Source of the DNA: Balanoglossus misakiensis
Lineage: Eukaryota; Animalia; Hemichordata
Length of the DNA stretch: 64,000 nucleotides
Direction: 5' to 3'
Assembly (NCBI GenBank): GCA_040954595.2
Contig: CM082586.2
Location: 4,012,349 to 4,076,348 of the forward strand
Part shown: positions 53,601 through 64,000 of the stretch, in pieces
Numbering within the stretch: position 1 is the stretch's first letter
How the letters are laid out: every line of letters begins with the position of its first letter
Notes under the pieces: model-generated
Seen by the model: the letters and a program-made list of their open reading frames with translations, nothing else
Database searches by the model: none
Told to the model about the DNA's origin: nothing
Program-made: the position numbers and the translations under genes

Positions 53601-55568
53601 CACTTGAAAAAAGATTTGACCAGGTTTACTTTCAACAAAGATTCGTAAACTTTGGGTAGATCTGTTGATCCATATAATTTCAAAGTGGACAGCTTTTTTC
53701 CGAACTGATGACTATCATCAAACTGATTCACTTTACAGAAATCTATGATAATGACCGTCATACGCGATATTTTTTTAACTCCTTAAAGTTGCACACTCAG
53801 GTTTTCCTGTACAAGTGTGGCCTTCTGACAATACCTGATCATGTGATCTGCTTTTCAACATAGGCCCCTCACCTCAGATATCAACAGCATTTAGGAAATT
53901 GTTCGTAAAATTAATCCATATACAATGTACATGTAAAGATGAAAGTTGAAGAATGTGATTGTATCGTTTCTCTCCGTTTCGAGGCTGTACGTCTTGCAAT
54001 GAAGCTTGCTGAGGTAAAATTTTGACAATGCTCCAAACTCTGTCCTTGCGAGAGAGGGGAAAAAGTTCATTTAGGGCCTGAGTGACCTCACCCTATTTAG
54101 CAAGCCTTTCCATGCATGGTACCTTTGCCTGCAGGCAAAAGTGTCAGTCTCCATTGTTCCTTTGGCATTCCTGTCAGTTCACACTGGTTGTGTGTCTGGG
54201 ACAATGCTCCCCTGTGGGTGACCTTTGACCTGGGGAACAGCCAATCACATGCATTGAAACTACATATTTTGGCAGTGATTGGTCTGTTAGAAATCATTAG
54301 TTTTCATATAAAAAAAAACACTAAAACCTGGTAGAGCACAACTCCGGTGATTCAGATTTATTGGAGGAAAGAGTTCCACTCTGTGAACAACTTACAAAAC
54401 AGTCAACATGTCGTTGACCTTCTGACTACCAGATGTTTTCCTGTTGTGTTAAAAACGTTTCTAATGATTTGTCAGCATTTTTAAACAGCGTTTTGTTGAC
54501 CAAAATGTGAACATTCGATTTCAACATGTTCTGTTTACTATCAAATCAGTAAGTTATTTTGCTTCCAGTTGTTAATTGAATTACAAGTTTGTTTCAGCAA
54601 AATTAAGTAATAAGCTGACAAGGACAATGGTGTAATCTACATCTACTAACTAAATTTAAAGAGAAAGTACGTTCACAGAACAACACACCATAAAAAAAAC
54701 AAAGTACATCTCAAGATGTTGCAGTTATTACAGAAATAATAATGGTACCTGAAAGCAATTAACATCTAATATGCCACGCATATTCCCACAACTCATGCCA
54801 ATGTTGCACAAACTCTTTATGCGAATTTAGTACATATAGGCCTACAGCCAACTAAAATGCACTTCGTTTGTCGTGCACAACCCCATAGTCTGTTGAATTA
54901 TTTGTTAGTAAAATACACCCAAACATTTAGGTTTGCACAAAAAAGAATGTGTCGTACAGAGCACTATAGGGTGACAGGAAGACTATAGCAGCACAGGAGT
55001 GCGACTGTAAACCCTTCTATAGTCTGGCCCCTTCCTCGTTGCACAGCACAGCCAGCGGCGGAAGCGGGCCAGGGCAGCTGACCACTTGTCCATCAAGCCG
55101 CATAGATCATAGGTGATAGATAATTGGATGAAATTCACTTATTCCACTTATTCGGTGAAAACACTGCTATTATAGACAGTTATTTAAGGATGACAATTGG
55201 AGTAAAAACTTGAAATTGCTCAAAATGAAGGGAAACATTTTGTTACATCTGTGTTATCTATCACATAGCCGTTGGAGTACAGTCACTACATATAAAAAAT
55301 AATACATTCCTTCCAGAATAATGAGGTGATACACCCATTGCGAATCTGGCATGCACGCTATGTACATATAAACATATCGGACATGCGGTATTTGAAAATG
55401 TCGCTAATGAAATACAACTCTCTGTTTAGTTTTTCTACAACTACACATGTACATATAAAAGATATAGAATTGTGCATCCAAGAAATACTGTTTCAATGTG
55501 GGTTGCATTCACATGATAAAAGACCCATCATCAAAGCAGATTCGGTATGGGTGTATTTTCATGGCTCT

Positions 55569-58500
55569 TTATTTTTTCTTGCCATTTTTAGGTCCAACAA
55601 ATTTCTTAGCTGTCTTGGCCTTTTTTATTTCCTTCAAATTTATCAGCAAACCAGAAAAAAATATGCAACCTCGTCTATCCGTAAACCACTCAAGCTCCTG
55701 ATTGCTGAAGTATGGATCAAGTTGTGCTGATCTTAATCCAACGGTTTCGGGTCCAGTCCTATAACTGCCTGGCTTGATGTACACTTGGAGTACAGTCCTG
55801 ACTTCATAAATTCCTCCGTCATTATCTGTGAACCTTGGTTGTGAAACAAACATGCACAGGAAATGAGTTTAATGGCACTGCATTCACCAGTCAATATCTC
55901 TATGAAAAGTTTTAACAAATTACAATAAGGTGCACGTGCACATACATACATACATGGTGACTGTTCTCTGATTTAAAAACAAAATGTATAAATACGTTCT
56001 TGTTAACGTATTTGATCTACACTATGCCGAATGAGTAGTCCAGGGAATACACATTCAAACTTTTGTGTGCAATGCACCAAATCTACACATTATAATATGA
56101 ATGCTCCAGACACACAGTATCTTAATGTAAATGTATCCTTACGTGCTCGGAGTGGCGTATTCCTTCAGTGCAGAATATTTAATACTGGGAGAAACAAAAA
56201 CTTGCTTTGTGTCAAAGCCATCTGGTTTAGTCACGTCATTAAAGTGGCCTGGTCTTTCTCCTAGTTTATGGCCATCCTTTAAGGTGTCACCTGCAAGAGA
56301 TAGATTGACAATAAAATGACCATGGCCCTAGCATGCATTTTCCATAATTTAATTGTTGCAGTGAACAATTGCAGTCAGTGTAATTGTTCATGTTGTAAGC
56401 ATGTTTAATCAAATTTTAGCGAACAATATAAAAATCATATTTTTGATATAATATAATAGCAATAACCACCGCCTCTATTTGGGTACAATTTATTCCAATA
56501 GAACTCGCATGCGGCTCGTGCTATAAGCTTATGTTGCAAATTCTACCGAAATCTCATGTATACCTGCCTGAGGGAGGAAATTGTTTAAATAGTTTCACTG
56601 ACCTTGCTGGCTGAGTTCATTATGTCCAATTATGCTCTTTACAGACTCCGTCTTAGTCCCGTGGAAAGCGCGGTGATATGTTTCAGATACTTTATTCACA
56701 GCATGAAAGTGAGTATACCTGAAGATGTGAAACAATAAGTTATAGTTAGAGATACATTGGAGCTTAGGCTGCATTCACAAACACCTCTGGAGAGGAGGGG
56801 GGGGGGGGGGGGGCGGGAGAATTCAATTTTTTTTACCGTGAATTTTCACATGCCCCCCTCAACAACCCGAAATATTTTCAAATCCCCCCCTTCCGAACTG
56901 CTAAAATTTTCAAATCCCCCCCCCATTTTCTTTCACACAGCAAAACACATAACCTATCTATCTTGTAAAAAAGAAAAACAGCGCTCTCATGAAAAGAATT
57001 TGAAACTGATGTTTCCCCTTATCAGTGGGTATTAAAACTGAACATTGTTTCTATTTTTTAAGTTTTTTGTAATCTGTGTTGGGAGACATTGTAAACCGAG
57101 AAGTGAAGGGGGTGGGTTTTGGAGGGGGTGTCCCCCTCCCACGTAAGAAAATTTTACAAAATACAGAGTTCAAAACTGCATTTTAATGAACCCAAAAGCA
57201 AATTAACTCAACTACCGGTATGTTGGGGAGGACAAATTTAACCTTCGGCGCTCTAAGTTAGCATGGGGGGGGGGGGGGGGGGGGGGGGGGGCAAGTCCCC
57301 TGACCTGGGACACTATATAAACCAGTCAATGATTTAAAGGTGATGATGAATGACGGGGGTGGGGTGGGAGGGGGACATGAGAAAAATGTGTATTATGAAG
57401 GGTTCAAAACTGCATTTTTGTGGACTCAAAATAAATATTGTCCTCAAAGTTTTCAAGTCCCCCCCTTTGCAGTCCCTAAATTATTTCAAATCCCCCCCTT
57501 ACATACCCTCAATTTTTTCAAATCCCCCCCCCTCAATTCTCCTGCCCCCCCCCCCCTCCAGAGGTGTTTGTGAATGCAGCCTTATCATTAAATAAGTATG
57601 TTTTCCTTGCTACACTTTCATTCTCAACCGATGATGTTTGTACATATTTTAGATTCTCTTGTTTTAATACTGACTAATGTCATAAACAAGAGAATCTCAA
57701 ATATGTACAAACATCATCGGTTGAAAATTAAATTAAATAATAAGTTAAATTAAATTAAATTTCAATACTCCGCATCACGAAAGAAAATAACTTCTGTGTG
57801 GCACAGATCGGGCACAGAGGTCATGAAGTTCTATTAATATTGTTTAATTATGATTTCTCAGATTTGACGAAAATCGAAGTTTCGATCGCGGCGTATTGAT
57901 TTTCAATACAGTGCAGTGGTGCGCTAGAGGCTAGTCTGGTTCCCTGCCCCAATCCCACCGCTGGCTGCGCTTTAGCGTAGCGCAGCCAGCGGTGAGATTG
58001 GGGCAGGGAACCAGACTAGAGGCGATGCCACCCAGAGATGACCGTTCATTGGACAAAATGACGCAACCTTTGTTATGCAAAGTAGGGTCATGTGATGTCT
58101 GGTCATTTCATCAGTGGTTTAGCCAGCTCAGGTCGCGAGATCGCATCGGTAGTATTTGGAAACACTGGCGATCGATAACGAGAGATTTTCGTAATTTCCG
58201 AGGTTCCAAAACATACCGACAACTTAATGTTTTGTTATTCTGACAATTGTTAGGAAGGATAATACAATGGCGTGCCCGAATGTTGAAAAATCCCCACGTT
58301 TCTTGGCTTTCGATGTTTACAAACAGAACGTAGTCCCACTAGCTTACTCATTTGCATAAAATGCCATGAAATACCATGTGGTATAATTCGTATTACTCAA
58401 TATGAAAGAACTTACCTGATACCAAATTCACACCAACCAATCGGTATGCCACATGTTTTTGGAGGATCGCCACATTTAAGGTACAACGAATCACTGAGGG

Positions 58501-61500
58501 TATCACTGACACTGTAGCATTTGCGACAGAAGCAGGCATTTTTCCTTTCGTCAAAATAAATGCCTGTATTAACAAAAAAAAAGCAGATAACATTTCCAGC
58601 TATGCATGAAACGTAATTAAAATATAGAGGATTTTTCTTCGTTGTAAACAGAATAGATGGTCATTTTCATTCTTTTTTTCTCTTTAGTGAATATTAATAT
58701 GTTCCAGTTTGTTTCTTTGCTATCTGAACTGCCTGATTCAAATTATTCCTAGAAAAATGTATAGACTTATTTGTAATGGTCCAATTCCGCTAAATTCAAT
58801 TCATCACAGTGACAGTGTACCTATCCACTGCATTGCCAGACCACAGTAAACTTGTGAACATCCGTACATTTGATTAAACATGTTTTGAAACTAGTGGAGA
58901 GTCAGGAAGGAGACGTGAGCAATCGATCGAATGGATTTTTGGCCTTTAAGGATGTAATTAATTCGTTTTGATAATTTCTGTAGTTAAATTAGAGCATAAT
59001 CAAAGCTTGCCATCAATTTCAAGGCTCTCCTTAAACCTCTCACACCGCGTCCGGTACTCGCAGTCGCTTGATTTCAATGCACCGTCACCACCTACATGAA
59101 GGAAAGAAAGACACATAAAGATCTCAAACATATTCACCGGCGACATGGACAGAGGAAAATGACACATGAAAAGTCAAACCACGTGATTTTATTCGACACA
59201 TGCGGAAATAATTGCCATTATGACTGAAAAAAATGCTCACCAGTTTCTTCATCCGGAGGTTTTAACAAGGGAAGAACTTGCTCCACCTTGAATCGGCAGT
59301 TTTCAGAATAAGAATCGTCCTGTCGCCGGAGAATCTGTTTGAGATCTTTATATAGTTTGTGTAGTTTTTTTTTACATTTGTCATCCTCGACGTCGACGAC
59401 TGCGTTGGCAATTTCTACCAAAGAATAGGCTGCACATTCTTTTTCTGCTGGATTGCCCTTTTTAATCATCGACACAAGCAGCTCTGCTGTGCCTTTGCGA
59501 ACGAAACTCTTAGCATTTGCCGTATTACTGGCGAGTATACCAAGGCCCTGAACGATTTCAATGCTAAAAGTCTTGTTTTGGTAGAGCCGTTTTCCATTGA
59601 TAGTTTTCTTCAATGTTTTAAACAGCTCACCGTTAACTTCCTCTGTAACTTTGAATTCATCTTGGTTCTCTTTTGACATGATATTTGTCAAGGCAATAAT
59701 TAATAATGCAGCAAACTCAAAGTCATCATTGTCTACTAACTTGTTAAGTTCATTGTAGGCTTCCATTTTATCCAAAATTGGCCTGTTCTCCATGGACTTG
59801 GAACAATGATAAAGAACATGTAACATTTCCATGCGAACCTGTAGGAAAAATATAATTGTATCGTGAGATGGAACGATTTAAATAATGTTTACAATGTCAT
59901 GTCTGCCTGATTGCTTAGATGTCTGACAAATAAAATATGGTTATCCGGATTTCTTTTTACACACAGCTAAACGTATTTTACGTCACCGCCGTTACAATTG
60001 GATACTATAGACTAATAGAAGAAAAAACTTACAATTGTGAAAGATCAACTTATTATAATGTGATGTTTCATTAATGGTATTGATCTGACATATTGTCCAG
60101 TGGTACGTGATACGACTACCAGTATCACTCTACTGTTATTTCATTTCATTTCAACACAATTTCAAACGAAAAAGAATAGGAATTAATAAATCTTAAATGA
60201 TTTTGATTAATTCTTTACTCACATTCCTGTACATGTGTTCCAGCTCCTCATCCTTAGCATCACCACCAGACTGTTCATCCTCACCCGTAAGAGCAAGTCT
60301 TTTGACGAAGAGTTCCAACAGCCCACATTTACCGAAGGCATTCCTCAGCTTATTACTACCTCGGGAGAAAACATGACATGTTTCTACCACTCCCTCTATT
60401 GAAGACAGACATTTTTGCGTTGTCTCTTTCGACGACTGGGCGTCATCGAGAATTTCAAACAGACGTTCGAGGAGTTCTTTAATTTCAGTTGCAGCACCCA
60501 GTTTAGCCAAATGGTCTCCTAGTTGTCTTAAAGAGTCATCGTCTTTGAAGTTTTTGCTAGGTTTGTACATGTACCGGTCGATCGCATCTGACGCTGGATA
60601 TACATGGGTTTTATCTCCGTCTCGTTTCAAGGCTATGACAACCCTCCTCATTTGTTTCATCACAGATTTTACATCCTTCTCCTTATAACCCTCAACAGCT
60701 GGAAACTTTTTCTCATCGAGGTCTATTGTTTCTTTTTCTTTATCAGAATTCCCTATAAAGGTAAGAACAGTGGTATGGTAAAGATTTACAGGTACCAAAT
60801 AACGCTGAGGTTGTAACAGTCAACATTACAAGTACTACGCGGTGAGCTTGAGGAAAAAAGAGAGATGCCTGTTGGGACATCTCTGCATTCCTTCACACTG
60901 ATTCAACCTGACGTGAGGTATTCAAAATTAAAAGAGAAAACTTACTGCATATAGAGACATGGGTACCTCTTCCAGACATATCTACCACGCCATAGAGGTT
61001 TTCCCAGCCATCATCAGTTTTGGAGACTGTTTGACCACCGGCGCCCTTACTTTCTAGCACTTCCGTTTTGGAGATTCTTCCCGCTACATCACCGTTATAA
61101 TAGAAGACCAACGAATCGTTTGTTTTCATGACTCCTACTCTGTCTCCAACCTTGACACAAAGAGGATCAATTAAGTTGAGTATTAAACAAGGATAAGACG
61201 TGGCGGGGCTTTAGTCTTATTTATATATAACATAGCCAACAATCGTTTAGTGCCATGGGTGGAAATTTACTACTGGAATGTGCAAAATTTCAATTCAAGT
61301 CCGGACTAGAATTTATTTGACAACGATGACAACGGCCGTTGAACACATACAGACTATGTTGACAATTAGAGTACTGGGTATATATGAGCATGCTGTTTTG
61401 GAGTAGAGCAAAGATTGCATTTGATACTACGGAACAAACATATTGATAAAATAACCCATCGTTACAGCTAATGTCTCTTTAATAACGGTATCCGTTGTTG

Positions 61501-64000
61501 ACAAAATGCACGAGGTGTTCACAGATATATTTGAAGAACTTACCGTACACTCGTATATGTCCTTGTTAAGGTCGTCCTTATATTTTCCGCCCACATAAAC
61601 ACTTGTATCAGACCAGACAATGTTCAGACGTCGACCATCACTGTGTGGAGTGACCGTGCTATAGTGGAGCAGCTTGGGGGGATGTTCAAATTGATCTGGT
61701 GGCTTTGAAGTAACGCCGATGTCAATATTCCTTCCAAAATCACTGTCAGTTGGTTCCACTTGGATTTCAAACCTAACACCAACTTTCAAAGGTTCATTTG
61801 TGATAGCAGTTCCTCCATTAGTATTCTTTGCCTTCCTAAATAGAAATGGACAGTGATTTACACAGTCAATGCGTGGAATGATGTCGGTAGTTATTAAATG
61901 TATTGCAGCTTTTATTTTGTCAACCAATAAGGCCAAAATAAAAGATGTATTTTTCCTGTAATATGTTTTTCAGAAATAGTAACGATAGGCTGTCCAATAC
62001 GACCAGTATTCACACAGTACTGCATGAAGAAATTGAAACCACTATGAAGCTTAACTGTTTTTACTTAATCTCACAGGATTTCTTACAATCGCATATATAT
62101 AAGTTGAGACATCTGGCGTTGGGTTACCCAGAATGCACATTTTTGGCCTTATTGCATGCAGAGACGCAGCGTCACCAACTTTTGACAATTCTAGTATTTC
62201 CAAGTAAGGTTAATATTTTGGCCTAATGTTCGCATAGGTGGCACGATGCACACAGCATTTTGGCATTAATCTTCATCTATTGCTGTACTAAAAATCTACT
62301 GAGGAAAACCTTACTTTATTCTTTTGACCTCTGTATATTTCTTTCCGACTTTGACAATCTTCACATTCTCTCCAAACTTGGAGTGGAATGTATATTGCTC
62401 TCCGTCAATGATGCCATTTTTACTGGCTAGATCGTCTTGATTGTCTCCATCATTGTCCCCGTCAGCTTTGATCTCATCACTGCTTTTGGAACATTTCGAT
62501 TGTATTATATCATGGACGTCAGAAGGTAGATCTGCCTTTGTTACATCTTTAGTAACAGAATCTTGTTTTCGATCATTCGCTGTAAATTAAAAATCGCTTT
62601 AACGTTATTCATTATTATTGTCCAGTAAAACAGAACAATGACATGGCTTACTGCAGATATCGTTGTATAATGGGCGATTTATGGAAATTCATGGAATTAT
62701 TGTTCATTTTTAGAATACTATAACACCCTACATACGCGATCGAGTGTGGCGATCGATCGCGTCACATTATTCATACATACGTACCATCTGTCTTGCAACC
62801 AGCTGATGGAACATCATTCTCTTGAGATTTTACACCATGGTTAGGTGATATCTCGCCCCCATCAGCCTCATCAATGCTGTTGGCACATTTCGACTGTCTT
62901 TCTGCAGTGTTTTTATAAAAACGTTCAACGTCTAGGTCACAGGGTAAAATGTCTCCATCTCTCTCCGATACGTCTTTAGTAGCAATCTTTTGTTTTCCAT
63001 CAACCACTGCAAATAAAAACCGAGTATCAGAAAACGACATGCTTACCAAAGATTGAGTTCGATTACGGGCAATTTTGCTAGCATTGGGGCGCGCGCGTAA
63101 CGTCAGCATTTGCACTGCGGTGAAAACACCAACACATTATGACGGTATACCTGCAGTTAATGAGTGCATTGCAGGAACTACTTAAGGTTTTGCTGTAAAC
63201 ATCTACGTAAACAAATCAGACATTGCCACCTTTCTCACCAATTATCATAAAGAGAACACTTACTGTATATTGAGACATGGGTACCTTCTCCAGACATATA
63301 CACCAAACCATGCAGGTTTTCCCAGCCATCATCAGCTTTGGAGGTCAATTCAATGTCGTCGCCATTTCCCAATGGTACCATTTCCAGCACATTTTCTTTG
63401 GAGATTTTCCCCACATCTTCATCATTGAAATAGAAGATCAACGAATCATTTGTTTTCATGACACCAACTCTGTCTCCAACCTATAGAAACAAAGTGCGTG
63501 CAAGTTGAGTAAGTTCCTATTGACATATACATAACCAATGAGCCGTTATCGACATTCTAACTAAAAGTAATTTGAACCACCCTCCCGCACTAACTTTTAC
63601 TTCTCGACGCCATGAAACACAGGTGTTATAGCTGTAAGCTTATCCTTCGTTGACAAAGTGCATATCGTCCTGTATTGTTTACTGATAGAATTACAGAACT
63701 TACCGAACACTCGTTTATGTCCTTTGTAAGATCGACCTTACGTTCACCACCCACATAAACGCTGTTACCAGACCAAGCAATGCTCAGACCACCCGAGTCT
63801 TTATTCTGAGGCATGTCTGGAGAGACTGAACATTGGTGAGACGGATTCGATGTGGCGCCGATAACAATTTTCCCGGGAACATCACTCGCCCTATCTTCCA
63901 CTTTGATTTCGAACAAAGTACCAACTTTCAAAAGTTCATGTGCGATAGTACTTCCTCCATCAGTATTCTGTTCTTCCCTATACAAGAAAATGTTTTACAA
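55569..64000 (-). CDS. NEURL4-like protein: at least 2 neuralized (NHR) repeats, ARM-like helical region, C-terminal ADP-ribosyltransferase-like domain; 5' end beyond window
   Basis: Exons 63704-63977, 63264-63480, 62785-63006, 62315-62579, 61544-61835, 60946-61150, 60223-60752, 59241-59838, 59011-59091, 58416-58563, 56603-56718, 56143-56290, 55569-55833. NHR motifs (EPLKVGVRFEI..IDIGVTS..VGDRVGV..LYGVVDMSG); NEURL4 C-terminal signatures CEY..C.RF, CFCRKC, GDPP..PIGWCEF, HRAFHGT, VSPSIKYS, LQVYIKPGSY, DPYFSNQELEW. Confidence 0.85.
56767..57581. mobile_element. PIF/Harbinger-type MITE in NEURL4-like intron
   Basis: TIRs GGCTGCATTCACAAACACCTCTGGAG / CTCCAGAGGTGTTTGTGAATGCAGCC; 3-bp TTA TSD at 56764-56766 and 57582-57584; internal TTTCAAATCCCCCC repeats and poly-G tracts. 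Confidence 0.9.
57621..57727. repeat. Hairpin / inverted repeat, about 44-bp arms
   Basis: TCAACCGATGATGTTTGTACATATTTTAGATTCTCTTGTTT pairs with AAACAAGAGAATCTCAAATATGTACAAACATCATCGGTTGA, with 1-2 mismatches. Confidence 0.8.
57932..58018. mobile_element. 87-bp palindromic miniature element
   Basis: TAGTCTGGTTCCCTGCCCCAATCCCACCGCTGGCTGCGCT..AGCGCAGCCAGCGGTGAGATTGGGGCAGGGAACCAGACTA, flanked by the direct repeat GAGGC (57927-57931, 58019-58023). Confidence 0.75.

Noticed and set aside
1-64000. CRISPR arrays, tRNA/rRNA genes, prokaryotic operons or defence systems
   Set aside because: The sequence is intron-containing animal DNA; no repeat-spacer array or structural RNA gene was recognisable by eye.

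Overview
Eukaryotic (animal) genomic DNA: AT-rich, with short GT-AG introns and many small non-autonomous DNA elements. The gene content suggests a non-vertebrate deuterostome, plausibly an enteropneust hemichordate (inference only). Ten protein-coding genes were reconstructed by hand from splice sites and exon phases. In order: HPS6 (+, 5'-truncated, at least 16 exons); an apparently secreted PAN-trefoil-WSC-pentraxin-2xHYR-GAIN/GPS protein with no transmembrane region (-); B4GALNT1/2-like (-); RBM7-like (+); a gustatory-receptor-like 7TM protein (-); cystathionine beta-synthase (-); a GPI-anchored two-Ig protein (+); an intronless sulfotransferase-like gene (+); Vangl (+); and a NEURL4-like NHR-NHR-ARM-ADP-ribosyltransferase (-, runs off the window end). 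Several MITE/foldback elements have visible TIRs and TSDs. The two most unusual items are the membrane-less GAIN protein ending in a 17-aa post-cleavage peptide and the ARM-containing NEURL4-like ART. All family calls rest on motif recognition from memory, not on database searches.
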